Positions 28,066 to 38,153 of a DNA stretch of 64,000 bases are shown here, piece after piece; positions within the stretch are counted from its first letter, which is position 1; each line of letters begins with the position of its first letter. Location: contig CAVTBV010000009.1 of assembly GCA_963733095.1 (NCBI GenBank), positions 203,372 to 267,371 of the forward strand. The letters run 5' to 3'. Source of the DNA: Candidatus Bathyarchaeota archaeon (lineage in GTDB: Archaea; Thermoproteota; Bathyarchaeia; Bathyarchaeales; Bathycorpusculaceae). The notes under the pieces were generated by a model. It was given only the letters and a program-made list of their open reading frames with translations, was not told where the DNA came from and searched no databases. The position numbers and the translations under genes are program-made.

Positions 28066-29784
28066 TCAAATAAGATTCGTTTGGTCTTGACACCCTCTAT
28101 GTGTAAGTTTCCCGTTTACTACGTTTGAGGCGTCAATATCGTTGTTCGTTGCGTTTTGAAGAATTAAGTTGTAGATGTTCCCTCCGATTTGGTTAGTTCT
28201 AAACGTGTTCCCTGTGGAGTCCTGGAGGAAAACTCCAACATAGTTGCCGGTAATACTGTTGCCGATTACTGTGCAGTTATGGGCGTTTTCAAGCAATAGT
28301 CCAGTGCCCAAACTATCTGAGGGGTAACCGCTGTTTGTTATGGTAAATCCACTTACTGTAATGTTGTCAGTAACTATTGTTAATGCAGTGCCATTATCTA
28401 CGCCTGAAATCACGGTTGTTTCGTTGTTACCACTGAACAATTCCACAGACTTATTTAAAATAATATTTTCTTGATAGGTACCTGGATTAACCTGAATGAT
28501 GTCTCCTTTGTAGGTTGCAAAGGAGTAGATTGCCTCTTGAATAGCGTTGTATCCTAAGCCATTATTTACGTCAGTAACTGAGTAGTTAACTCCTGATTCA
28601 AAATCCTGCGGCCAAACAAGAATTCTGCCGTATAGACTCTGAGTCTGATTGTCGAATTGTGGATCATTGTAAACGATGTCAAAACTTGAGTTATACTGAT
28701 TAAGCAGTTCTGCTATGTCGCTGTAGAGTTTTTTGGTCCAACTCGATGCTGTATGGTATTGCCAAACTGAATCATCAGGACTCCTGAACCCAAATCCGTA
28801 ATCATCTGGAAGCACGACAGCCGTGTTTGCTTTGAGGTAACCCTGTTTGTAAGGATTATTTTTTACGTAGCTCCAGAAGTCTTTGAGTGCATCAAAATGA
28901 CTTTGGTTTAGGGTAGTGCTTGTGTAGTTTTGGCTTGAATCATAAACTGCTATGTATGTTGCGCCTGAATTGTAAGCTAAAACCATGTCACTGTACATTT
29001 GGGGACCGGATTCAAGGTAGGGCGCTTGATTGTATGTCCAAGTTATGATAGCACCCCAGGTTTTATCTTGCACTTGCGCAGAGCCCCTCAGCTGGCTGAT
29101 TTGCAATTGCCTACTATTGTTCCAGCCAAATTGAGCTAAAATCGTATCGTATCCCAGTTCATAATCAAACCAGTAGAGCGCATAATCTGAAGTGAATAGT
29201 AAAGAATCTAGGCTGTGGGTAAAGTTGGCGGCTACTGGTACACCTTGACCCTGAGTCCATATGTGGAAGTACCAATTAGCGTAGTCCAGATAACTAGTAG
29301 GTTGGCTTGTCACGTTGTAAATGCTGTTAGACGTTAAGTTGACAGTTTCATCCAGCTGAATACCTCCAGGTTCATCGTAAAAATAGATTCCGAGCAACCG
29401 ATTACCAAACTGTTCTTTTGCCGAGACAAACCAAGCTTCTGGAGTGTAACCGATGTATCCAGGGCTATTTAGGTCTTGGTAGTAGGCGGGCATAAAATAC
29501 ATACCTGCGTTGTAAGCGTAGTCACAAGTTTGGTTGAGCAATGTCTCGTTGCTTAAAATGTAGGGTGAAGCAATAATGAATAGGTTAGTGTAGTCTTTGA
29601 CTTTGTCGATTAGGGCTTTACAGTCTGCAACTGTACTGTTCCACCCCGTCTCAATTCCCACATAGAAAGTCTTAGATTCACCCGGGGTTTGTCTTGATGG
29701 GGTACGCAGAGTGTATGCTAAAATAAAAGACAAAAGCACTAACGCAACCAGCAGTGCTGCAGTAACAGTTCTTTTATGTTTCAA
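28066..29784 (-). CDS. Membrane-anchored surface protein with C-terminal NosD/parallel beta-helix domain
   Basis: N-terminal TM, YFYDEPGG domain, then IQEAI...PGTYQENI...ITVSGFTI beta-helix repeats. Confidence 0.8.
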   Translation of the reverse strand: MKHKRTVTAALLVALVLLSFILAYTLRTPSRQTPGESKTFYVGIETGWNSTVADCKALIDKVKDYTNLFIIASPYILSNETLLNQTCDYAYNAGMYFMPAYYQDLNSPGYIGYTPEAWFVSAKEQFGNRLLGIYFYDEPGGIQLDETVNLTSNSIYNVTSQPTSYLDYANWYFHIWTQGQGVPVAANFTHSLDSLLFTSDYALYWFDYELGYDTILAQFGWNNSRQLQISQLRGSAQVQDKTWGAIITWTYNQAPYLESGPQMYSDMVLAYNSGATYIAVYDSSQNYTSTTLNQSHFDALKDFWSYVKNNPYKQGYLKANTAVVLPDDYGFGFRSPDDSVWQYHTASSWTKKLYSDIAELLNQYNSSFDIVYNDPQFDNQTQSLYGRILVWPQDFESGVNYSVTDVNNGLGYNAIQEAIYSFATYKGDIIQVNPGTYQENIILNKSVELFSGNNETTVISGVDNGTALTIVTDNITVSGFTITNSGYPSDSLGTGLLLENAHNCTVIGNSITGNYVGVFLQDSTGNTFRTNQIGGNIYNLILQNATNNDIDASNVVNGKLTHRGCQDQTNLI

Positions 29785-29966
29785 GATAACCTTTGATTAA
29801 TTATTAAGCCATCTTTTAAGTTAGTGTTAAAAAATAATTAATTAGAGCTTGATTAAACGTTCAAGTTAAGTACAACTTCAGAGATGCCGCTTGCATACTC
29901 TTCTGTCCGCCTAGAACTTCCAGTAATCAATACCATTGTATGTTATCCACCTTTAGACATATGCGC

Positions 29967-30034
29967 AAAGAAAAGAGGGAGTTTGGCGAGTGATACCTCG
30001 GCGCCTTGAGGGATTCGAATCCCGCTATCCACTA
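29967..30034 (+). repeat. tRNA-T-arm att-like site (Ala-like TCCAC end)
   Basis: AAAAGAGGGAGTTTGGCGAGTGATACCTCGGCGCCTTGAGGGATTCGAATCCCGCTATCCACTA. Confidence 0.8.
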
Positions 30035-30237
30035 TCGAGGAACCTTAGCTGTCGACACTTTTCACTTCTTGCTCTGAAGACCAAAAACGTTCAATGGATA
30101 ATTCACGCTTAAAAGATGCAGCTAAAACATTTTTATTCAATAGTTTTTTAAGGCGACACAACAATAACTTCTCATTCACTACGGGTACTGCCTACGGTCG
30201 GAAGTTAACAACTTGCCCTATATAGGATGAGAAAACC

Positions 30238-31359
30238 ATGAAAAAACAATTGCTTTCAGCTATTCTTATCGCATTTTTCTTTGTTTCAGTTGCAGCCATT
30301 TCCCAAATATCCCCCTGCCAAACAGTGGCGCCGGGAACAACAGCAACTCCAACGCCAACAGAAGCACCAGCACAAGGAAGTGCCCCTGACTTTTTACTCA
30401 TAGTTGGAACCATAACTGTTGTGGTAGTAGCTATCGGAGGCACGTCTGCATTTTTGGTTGTTAAGAGGAGGCGGGTGAATGAAAAAAGCTTGAGGCGATT
30501 TTCATCCAGTGACTTCCAAGAATGGGTTATCAAAAAATTCAATGGTAAACCAAGTGATTCCTCTTCGGGCGTAAATGGTTTTACCCAGGGAGGTCAACCA
30601 CTTTTGGTTAAACAATCTGACCATGTCAGCTTGGCTGAGGTTGAAGACTTTGTCAAAACACTAGTGAAGGGAAAGGCGCAAAAGGGCACAATTGTAGCTT
30701 TCAACTTTGACAACGATACCATTGAAGGAAAAGTAACGGCTATGGATAACGGAATTGAGCTTCAAATGTTGCGCATAACTGAACTAGTGAATAAACGCTT
30801 CTCTCGCAGAATTGAAAGCCTTGCTCGTTCGCAGGTCACCTTCGATGCCCCAGCCACATACATACCAGCGGAAGCCCGTGGGGGGGAAACACAAAAACAA
30901 ACTTTTGAGAAAATACCAACAATGCTCCCTAAGGATGGTGTGGGCAAACCTAAGGTATTCGTATCTAATAGTAACACGAAGGTAGCTGACCAAGTAAAGA
31001 AAATGCTGGATTTTCTTCATTATGACTATGTCATAGGTGACAAAGAAGAAACGTCTGTCCCAATTCCTGAGAGCAAATTTGGTCTTATGCAAAGCTGTGA
31101 TTGCGCAATAATTAACATCGCTGCTGCTGAACAAGAGAGAAGGTACAGCGGACTTTACGTCCTTAATTCTAATATTATCTCAGAAATCAATGCAGCCTAT
31201 CTGAAATATAATACGCAAGTTATCTTGTTGTTGGAGAGAAAGATAGACCTCCCTACAAATCTTAAAGGGCTAAAAAGAATTGAATACGACAGCGATGATC
31301 TGTCTTTCAATGCAGCAATGGATCTGGAGAAAGCTTTGGCAGATTTCAAAGAAATATAA
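30238..31359 (+). CDS. Signal peptide/TM + Mrr-like domain + TIR-like nucleotide-binding domain protein
   Basis: DFQEWVI...LLVKQS...VEDF...GTIVAFNF (Mrr-like). KVFVSNS...CDCAII...NIISEI...LPTNLKGLKRIEY (TIR-like, PF10137-type). Confidence 0.7.
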   Translation: MKKQLLSAILIAFFFVSVAAISQISPCQTVAPGTTATPTPTEAPAQGSAPDFLLIVGTITVVVVAIGGTSAFLVVKRRRVNEKSLRRFSSSDFQEWVIKKFNGKPSDSSSGVNGFTQGGQPLLVKQSDHVSLAEVEDFVKTLVKGKAQKGTIVAFNFDNDTIEGKVTAMDNGIELQMLRITELVNKRFSRRIESLARSQVTFDAPATYIPAEARGGETQKQTFEKIPTMLPKDGVGKPKVFVSNSNTKVADQVKKMLDFLHYDYVIGDKEETSVPIPESKFGLMQSCDCAIINIAAAEQERRYSGLYVLNSNIISEINAAYLKYNTQVILLLERKIDLPTNLKGLKRIEYDSDDLSFNAAMDLEKALADFKEI

Positions 31360-31421
31360 TATTTTGAATTCCTGTCTCTAGCAAAACCTTCTTTAGCTGG
31401 GGTTCGGGAAAGAAAATCTGA

Positions 31422-31452
31422 GTGCGGTTCGAATCCGACTCCTGGACAACCA
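31422..31452 (+). repeat. Degenerate T-arm att-like site
   Basis: GTGCGGTTCGAATCCGACTCCTGGACAACCA. Confidence 0.6.
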
Positions 31453-31607
31453 AATTAATACATGCAAAATATATCTTTGCGATGTCCCGTTTGTTTTAAT
31501 CAAAAGTTGATTTAAGGGTTTTTTTGTTGTAGTCAACGACATAGCCCTTTGTCGTAACCGGGCATATACTAGCATTTTAATATCATAAATCCATGCCCTA
31601 TGGATAA

Positions 31608-31925
31608 GTGAAAAATTCGATGTTAGTAAAAGTTGAAATGAAAGATTTGATCGGTGAGACCGAGAGCCTTGTCAACTTTTTAACCAAGCACTACAAATTA
31701 CATCCATCTTTAAACCGTAACGGTTTGGAGTTAACTGAGGAGGTTGTTTCAACTTTTGGGGTTGTGCGGATGGTAAACAAGTTTCTTGGTAGCAAGAAAC
31801 TAAACAGTACTTACTGGGCTAGTGTGCAAGGTAACGCAGTTTTGATCAACAGGTTTAACCGGAAAAAGAACGAAAAGAAAAACAAGCATCCGACTGCTCC
31901 ACACATGATTAGTCATGGTTGGTAG
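31608..31925 (+). CDS. Small basic protein, possibly eL22-like
   Basis: LVNFL...RMVNKFLGSKKLNSTYW pattern and basic tail. Confidence 0.55.
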   Translation: MKNSMLVKVEMKDLIGETESLVNFLTKHYKLHPSLNRNGLELTEEVVSTFGVVRMVNKFLGSKKLNSTYWASVQGNAVLINRFNRKKNEKKNKHPTAPHMISHGW

Positions 31926-32028
31926 CATAAGCTTCTATATCTAAGGAAAGTCTAAATTCCAATTTAGGACTATTTGCAGGGTCCAAAATTTGGAAAATAA
32001 TTTGTAGATAGAAAAGACCTAATTGTTT

Positions 32029-32065
32029 GTGCCGTTATAAGGGTTTGAATCTCCCTTCTGCACCA
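32029..32065 (+). repeat. Terminal att-like site (Leu-type), right boundary of the island
   Basis: AAGGGTTTGAATCTCCCTTCTGCACCA; core genes resume immediately after. Confidence 0.75.
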
Positions 32066-32185
32066 TTGTTATCAAAACGTTAAAGTGTTCCAAATGCCGT
32101 TTATTTTGGTAGAAAAACTTATCTTTAACATAGAATACAAAGCAGTCAAAAAAAAGATAGGTCTTGCTTGAGTAGGATGTAAACA

Positions 32186-32974
32186 ATGTCTGAACATAAA
32201 CCTGTATGGCCTGAATCGGGTGACCTCGTGATCGCTACGATAGAAAGCGTTATGGATTACGGAGCATATGCTAACCTAGATGAGTACAGCCGAAGAGGTT
32301 TCCTTCACATCTCCGAGATCTCCAGCGCCCGTATAAGAAACGTCCGAGACTTTGTTCGTGAAAACCAAAAAATGGTCCTCAAAGTCCTTCGCGTAGATAT
32401 CGAAAAAGGTCACATCGACCTATCACTACGAAGAGTAACTAAACGTGAAAGAATCGAAAAAATCAAATCTTGGAAAAAAGACCGCAAAGGCGACGCCCTC
32501 CTGCATGCAGTAGCAGAAAAAACTGGGTTACCCATACATGAGGTCTACCAGAAAGCCGGTGTACTTCTTGAAGAAAAATACGGCTTATATGACGGCTTCG
32601 AAAAAGTCGTGAAAGAAGGCACAGATGTCTTAACTAAACTCAACATTCCTGAAGACCTTGCCAAAGTTATCGCTCAAGTTGCTGAAGAACGAATAAAAAT
32701 CAAAACCGTGAAAGTGCGAGGCGTTATCGAGGTTCGTTGCATGAAGCCCAACGGTGTTCGATGTATCCAAGAAGCATTTGGCAAAGCTAAGAAAACACAA
32801 GAAGTAAAAGATGCCCAAATAGAATTTGCAGTAATCGCAGCCCCAAAATACAGCGTAGAAGTCTCCGCTGATAATTGGAAACGCGCCGAAGAAGTGCTAG
32901 ATAAAGTAAGCGAAAGCGTAGTTGCCAACATAACTAACGCAGGCGGACACGGCTCTTTTAAGAGAGAAAAATAG
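32186..32974 (+). CDS. eif2a: Translation initiation factor aIF2 alpha subunit
   Basis: S1 domain GFLHISEIS, KGHIDLSLRRV and AAPKY motifs. Confidence 0.95.
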   Translation: MSEHKPVWPESGDLVIATIESVMDYGAYANLDEYSRRGFLHISEISSARIRNVRDFVRENQKMVLKVLRVDIEKGHIDLSLRRVTKRERIEKIKSWKKDRKGDALLHAVAEKTGLPIHEVYQKAGVLLEEKYGLYDGFEKVVKEGTDVLTKLNIPEDLAKVIAQVAEERIKIKTVKVRGVIEVRCMKPNGVRCIQEAFGKAKKTQEVKDAQIEFAVIAAPKYSVEVSADNWKRAEEVLDKVSESVVANITNAGGHGSFKREK

Positions 32975-32983
32975 GGTGAGAAA

Positions 32984-33358
32984 TTGAGAGAACCCTCAGT
33001 CAAAATAGAATGGGGTCAAGTGGAGAAGATAGGAAAGGGAACCAAGGCAAACTATGATTCAAAGAAGCTGGCGCTGACTTTCTGCTTTAAGCGGGGACCT
33101 GATATGTCGAGCGAGCTTCTGAGGGCATCTCGGGAACTTTTGATGAAAGAACTCAAAGAGCTAGGTTATACGAGTCGCATGAAGTACAATGGAGAAGTTG
33201 TTGTTGATAATGTCCAGGAGAGCAATGTAGTTTTGGTCAAGAAAAACCATAAACTTGTGATTCGCTTGAACAAGAAGCAAACTGAAGAAGAACTCAATTT
33301 GTCTTCAGAGACGCTCGATTCTAAGAGTGATAGCCAGAGTAACATAAAGTTCTCTTAA
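32984..33358 (+). CDS. Hypothetical protein
   Basis: 124 aa ORF with GGTGA RBS directly after eif2a. Confidence 0.55.
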   Translation: MREPSVKIEWGQVEKIGKGTKANYDSKKLALTFCFKRGPDMSSELLRASRELLMKELKELGYTSRMKYNGEVVVDNVQESNVVLVKKNHKLVIRLNKKQTEEELNLSSETLDSKSDSQSNIKFS

Positions 33359-33476
33359 AATCAATCCCCACTTAGTTTTTCTCGGGGTAGGCTATTTTAG
33401 CTCTGAATTTTAGGATCGATTTTAATTGGGTTTTTGGGAAAACAACTAAATACTTGATTTAGGAAATGTTAGAGCT

Positions 33477-34166
33477 ATGGCTATTCCAAGAAAACGCTCC
33501 AAAAAGAACCTGTACATTGCCTTGCTTCTTATTGTTATTCTGAGTGTTTCCGTTGCGGCAGCAGCATATGCGTTTTGGCCCCGCGCTGTGGTGGGAAAGG
33601 CGGGTGTCCATGTTGGTGATAGCTTTACCTACAGCATTACTGGATCAGTGTCTTTACAAAGTCCAGACGCAACGGTAGCTCCCGGATTCGAGCAATATAA
33701 CCAAACAGACTATTACAAGGTTTCAGTGACAGATGTAAACGGTCCCATGGTCTCTCTTGATACTCTATGGGCCTTCAAAAACGGAACACAAGTAACTGGG
33801 CAACAAACGATTAATTTGACCGATGGAAGTCAAAGTGTCGATAACGGGTTCTGGGCTATTTACTCAGCTAACCTAAATGTAGGTGACCGACTTCGTCCAA
33901 CTGACAATAGGTACATCGTTAATGCTACTGACACTCAACCCTATGCTGATAGCACCAGACAAAGAAACTTTTGGTTTATAGAAAACGAGTTCTATGATGT
34001 TAACGACCCAACACAAAGCACACTACGCGATGTCTACAACGGTATCTACTTCGACAAACAAACAGGGATGCTCCTAACATTGAACAGCATATCCTACTAC
34101 AACAATCCATTAAGGACAGAAGTCATCACTTGGCAACTGGTCAACTGCACAGTTTGGGCTGTCTGA
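33477..34166 (+). CDS. Membrane-anchored exported protein
   Basis: N-terminal TM, GVHVGDSFTY...NLNVGD...YFDKQTG; same family as 51381-52055. Confidence 0.75.
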   Translation: MAIPRKRSKKNLYIALLLIVILSVSVAAAAYAFWPRAVVGKAGVHVGDSFTYSITGSVSLQSPDATVAPGFEQYNQTDYYKVSVTDVNGPMVSLDTLWAFKNGTQVTGQQTINLTDGSQSVDNGFWAIYSANLNVGDRLRPTDNRYIVNATDTQPYADSTRQRNFWFIENEFYDVNDPTQSTLRDVYNGIYFDKQTGMLLTLNSISYYNNPLRTEVITWQLVNCTVWAV

Positions 34167-34230
34167 GCTTTCTCAATTTTGTTAACTGAAATCAACTTTT
34201 ACTCCATTGCCAAGGCAGAAAAAGAGCAAT

Positions 34231-36144
34231 TCATTTTTGTTTTGCCTTTATAGCAGCCAGTTTTCCGCCTGCCTTAACTATGCTCTTCTCCAAATCACTA
34301 AGGCTCAAAGCAACCTCAAAAGTTGTGCTCTTAGTCAGGTTCTTCACGCACAGGCGCTCCTCTAAGTTCTTAACATCTAAATCCAAAATGTCGCCCTGAG
34401 CTATGCCCAAATAATCCTGCTTGTCAGCAAAGGTTAAGGGCAGAATTCCAAAGTTTACCAGGTTTGCCATGTGTATTCGAGCGAAGGATTTGGCGATTAT
34501 GGCTTTTACGCCGAGGTATTTTGGTGCAAGCGCTGCGTGTTCGCGTGAGGAGCCTTGCCCGTAGTTTTCGCCGCCTACGATGAAACCGCCATTTTTCTCC
34601 AGTGCTCGATTGGCGAAGGTTTTATCGATGTGGATGAAGATGTACTTGCTTATTTCTGGGATGTTGCTTCTAAGCGACATAATTTCGGAGCCGCCTGGGA
34701 GAATGTCGTCGGTTGAGATGTTGTCACCAAGTTTAAGCAAAACTTCCCCCGTCAACTTCTGCGGGGTTGGCGTGAAGGTTGGTAGGGGTTTAATGTTGGG
34801 TCCCATTACAACATTGCCTTGGAATTCTGCTGTGGGGTAGATGAACATTGCGTCGCTTAACATAAACCACTGTGGCATTGTGATTTCGGGGTATTTGCCG
34901 AGTTTGCGCGGGTCGGTGATTTTGCCTGTGAGTGCTGCTGCAACCGCTGTTTCAGGGCTTACAAGGTAGACTTTGGCGTCTTGGGTTCCGCTACGCCCTT
35001 TGAAGTTGCGGTTAAAAGTCCGAAGCGACACGCCCTCACTTGTTGGGGCTTGCCCGATTCCGATGCAGGGTCCACAGGAGTTTTCAAGGATTCGTGCGCC
35101 TGACTGGATTAAGGGTTCAAGTTCACCGGTGGCGGCGAGGTTTTGCATGGCTTGTCTTGAGCCTGCTGAAACGGTTAGGCTTGTGTTTTCGTTGACTTTT
35201 TTGCCCTTTAGAAGTGCTGAGACGATTTTTAGGTCCCGCAAAGACGAGTTGGTGCAGCTTCCAATGCAGACTTGGTCGACTGGGGTGCCTTCGAGTTCAG
35301 ATATTGCTTTTACATTGTCTGGGCTGTGTGGTAAGGCAATTAACGGCTCAACCTTAGAAAGGTCAACGTATAGGGTTTCAGCGTATTTTGCGTCATCGTC
35401 AGCTTTGAGTTCTGACCATTGGTCTTCTCGACCCTGTGCACATAGAAAATCTTTGGTAACTTTATCTGAGGGGAAAATGGATGTGGTGGCGCCTGTTTCA
35501 GTACCCATATTCGTTATGGTGCCCCGTTCGGGAACGGTTAGGGTTTTGACGCCTGGACCAGAGTATTCGAGGATTTTGTTTACTCCACCCTTAACTGATA
35601 ATTCTTTAAGAATTTGGAGTATGACATCTTTGGCGCTAACGAACGGTGCGAGTTTTCCAGTTAATTCTATTCCTGTGATTGAGGGCATTTCGAGGTAGAA
35701 TGGTTCTCCAGCCATGGCGGCGGCGACGTCTAAGCCTCCCGCGCCAATCGAAATCATACTCATGCCACCTGCAGTTGGCGTATGGCTGTCACTGCCCAAC
35801 AAGGTTGCGCCTGGCTTGGCGAATCGTTCGAGGTAGAGTTGGTGGCAGATGCCATTTCCTGGGCGGGAGAAGATGATGCCGTATTTTGCGGCGACTCCTT
35901 GCAGGTAGCGGTGGTCGTCGGCGTTGCGGAAATCGTTCTGCAACATGTTGTGGTCGACAAAGCTTAGGCTTAGTTGGGTTTTGACTTTGGGGATGCCCAT
36001 GGCTTCAAACTCAAGGTAAGCCAATGTGCCTGTGGAGTCTTGGGTGAGTGTGTGGTCGATTTTTAGAGCTATCTCTTCGCCTGCAGCCATTTTTCCCTGG
36101 GCTAAGTGTTTGGCGATGACTTTTTCTGCGATTGTCTGTTTCAC
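34231..36144 (-). CDS. Aconitate hydratase
   Basis: LTQDSTG, GSDSHT, IGSCTNSS, CGPCIG, NRNFKGRSG, STDDI and YGQGSSREHAA motifs. Confidence 0.93.
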   Translation of the reverse strand: MKQTIAEKVIAKHLAQGKMAAGEEIALKIDHTLTQDSTGTLAYLEFEAMGIPKVKTQLSLSFVDHNMLQNDFRNADDHRYLQGVAAKYGIIFSRPGNGICHQLYLERFAKPGATLLGSDSHTPTAGGMSMISIGAGGLDVAAAMAGEPFYLEMPSITGIELTGKLAPFVSAKDVILQILKELSVKGGVNKILEYSGPGVKTLTVPERGTITNMGTETGATTSIFPSDKVTKDFLCAQGREDQWSELKADDDAKYAETLYVDLSKVEPLIALPHSPDNVKAISELEGTPVDQVCIGSCTNSSLRDLKIVSALLKGKKVNENTSLTVSAGSRQAMQNLAATGELEPLIQSGARILENSCGPCIGIGQAPTSEGVSLRTFNRNFKGRSGTQDAKVYLVSPETAVAAALTGKITDPRKLGKYPEITMPQWFMLSDAMFIYPTAEFQGNVVMGPNIKPLPTFTPTPQKLTGEVLLKLGDNISTDDILPGGSEIMSLRSNIPEISKYIFIHIDKTFANRALEKNGGFIVGGENYGQGSSREHAALAPKYLGVKAIIAKSFARIHMANLVNFGILPLTFADKQDYLGIAQGDILDLDVKNLEERLCVKNLTKSTTFEVALSLSDLEKSIVKAGGKLAAIKAKQK

Positions 36145-36288
36145 TTTTCATACCTCAAGGTTGTAATGCTCAAATATCTTATTACATGCCAAATTGAAAG
36201 GCGGGAAATTTTAAGTTTCGCATGTAACTTGAAGGATTAAATGCCCGTTTAACGGAAAAAATGAAATAGTCAAGCACTAACACCTATA

Positions 36289-37071
36289 GTGAGAGGCAAA
36301 GCAATGTCGTTTAAGACTAACATGCATGAAGCAGCAAAAAGCAAGGATTCGCGCCTTGTTTTAGCATTGGATTTTCCATTCGAAGCTGCCGAGAACCGTG
36401 ATAAAATTTTGGCTAAAGCGCAAAAGGTTCTCAAAGCTGTTCATCCCTACATATGTGCGGTTAAGATTAATCATCATTTGACTCTTCCACTTGGTACATT
36501 TGAAGGTGTGGCGCAGCTTGTTGAGCAGATTCGAGGGGAAGGTATGCTTGCAATCATGGATGCGAAAGTTAACGACATCGGCAACACCAACCAAATAATC
36601 GCTGAGTATTATTTTGCCGCAGGATTTGACGCGATAATCGCTAATCCATTTGTCGGTTGGGATGAAGGTTTAAAGCCTCTCTTTGACGTTTCAAAACGAC
36701 TCAACCGAGGAGTAATATTGCTTACATACATGAGCCATAAAGGTGCGGTTGAAGGCTACGGACAAACGGTCATCGACCCTGAAACAGGTCTACAAACCCC
36801 ACAATACTTTTTGTTTACTAGAAAAGCGTTGAAGTGGGGTGCAGATGGAGTGGTGGTTGGAGCAACAGTTCCAGGCAAGATTGCTGAAGTTAAGCAAATT
36901 CTCGGCGAAAAAGTTCCGATTTACTCTCCTGGAGTGGGTGCACAGGGTGGTGCTGCGGAAACAGCCGTCAAAGTAGGTGCCAATTACCTAATTGTCGGAC
37001 GAGAAATAACTAAATCTGATGATCCAGCGAAAGCTGCACGCTTGCTTCGTGATTCGATAAAAGGGATTTAG
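36289..37071 (+). CDS. pyrF: Orotidine-5'-phosphate decarboxylase
   Basis: LALD, DAKVNDIGNT, VVGAT, SPGVGAQGG and IVGR motifs. Confidence 0.93.
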   Translation: MRGKAMSFKTNMHEAAKSKDSRLVLALDFPFEAAENRDKILAKAQKVLKAVHPYICAVKINHHLTLPLGTFEGVAQLVEQIRGEGMLAIMDAKVNDIGNTNQIIAEYYFAAGFDAIIANPFVGWDEGLKPLFDVSKRLNRGVILLTYMSHKGAVEGYGQTVIDPETGLQTPQYFLFTRKALKWGADGVVVGATVPGKIAEVKQILGEKVPIYSPGVGAQGGAAETAVKVGANYLIVGREITKSDDPAKAARLLRDSIKGI

Positions 37072-37078
37072 CCGCAGT

Positions 37079-37231
37079 TTACCTGCGTTTGTTTTCCCAG
37101 AGTTCTTTTTTGAGCAAATCACGCACTGAAGAGCGAATTACGCTGCTTCTGCTGGGGTACATGTTGGCTCGGACTAATTCGTCTAATCCTTCTAGGTAGG
37201 CTTCTGGTAGTAAGACTGTTACAAGTTTCAA
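37079..37231 (-). CDS. Ribbon-helix-helix regulator, CdrS-like (50 aa)
   Basis: Manual translation MKLVTVLLPEAYLEGLDELVRANMYPSRSSVIRSSVRDLLKKELWENKRR*, TTG start, GAGGAGG RBS. Confidence 0.85.
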   Translation of the reverse strand: MKLVTVLLPEAYLEGLDELVRANMYPSRSSVIRSSVRDLLKKELWENKRR

Positions 37232-37310
37232 TTTGTTTTATCCTCCTCAAACTATATCATGGATATAACATGTGGCAAATATAAGAGTTAGCGTAGCAAA
37301 CCCTAACTAG

Positions 37311-38153
37311 TCACAATTGCCGAAGCTGATTTAAAGTTCCCAAAAAAGTGCCATCTAAAAGGTAAAGCTCAGCCTCATCCACATCTACCGCATCCGAACG
37401 CAACACAGGTCCAATCAACGCTTCACTACCGATTTCTTTTCGAGGTCGAGTTTCGTTTACTGGTCTGCCGCCCAAAAAATCGTTAAAGCTGGGCATGATA
37501 AAAATCTCCTTTGCCTTCGCTCTGATGTTATAGTATTTCTTTAGGGTTTCAGCTATGGATCCTTCGATTTTCAAGCCGCTTTTCTGCAGCAGAATTTTCG
37601 TTAAGGCTCCAGTGTCGCATTTTGCCTTCATCCACACTTGCCTTATAATTTTGCAGCCTGTTGGGTCACGAAAAACCACTACGGGATGCAGATGACCCAT
37701 AACCAATGTCTTACATCCCAAAAGAGCAGGTGAAGGCCATTTGTGTCCGTGAAAAACTCCCACATCACCAATTACTGCTCCGGTCGCTGGCAAAAACTCT
37801 ACATTCTCAGGAAGTAGCGGCTCCAAGTTAGCATCATGGTTACCACGAACTACCGCAATACTCTTAATGCAGCTTTCGAGTTTTTTAAAAAAATCCGGGA
37901 TGTCCCGCCATTCGCCAAATTCATGTGAAACAACCGTGTACTTTACATCGCCAAGAATGACTAATCGATCGGGTTTGTTCTCGCAGATAATAGTAGTTAA
38001 TTTGTTTAGTATTTTTGAGGTTTGGCTGGGTACATGGATTCCTTTTTCTTGAAGTTGCATCTCCCAGCCAAGGTGTGGGTCAGCAATTAGGAGCGTTTTG
38101 GTTTTTTCTGTCTTAACAAGGGCTGCTGGGTGGGGCAAGAGCAAATTTAGCAT
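37311..38153 (-). CDS. Metallophosphoesterase
   Basis: IADPHLG, LGDVK, RGNHD, FHGH and MGHLHP motifs. Confidence 0.9.
   Translation of the reverse strand: MLNLLLPHPAALVKTEKTKTLLIADPHLGWEMQLQEKGIHVPSQTSKILNKLTTIICENKPDRLVILGDVKYTVVSHEFGEWRDIPDFFKKLESCIKSIAVVRGNHDANLEPLLPENVEFLPATGAVIGDVGVFHGHKWPSPALLGCKTLVMGHLHPVVVFRDPTGCKIIRQVWMKAKCDTGALTKILLQKSGLKIEGSIAETLKKYYNIRAKAKEIFIMPSFNDFLGGRPVNETRPRKEIGSEALIGPVLRSDAVDVDEAELYLLDGTFLGTLNQLRQL

Noticed and set aside
21213-32065. CRISPR array interpretation of the repeated sites
   Set aside because: Spacing is 0.5-4 kb and irregular, copies are degenerate, and no cas genes are present.
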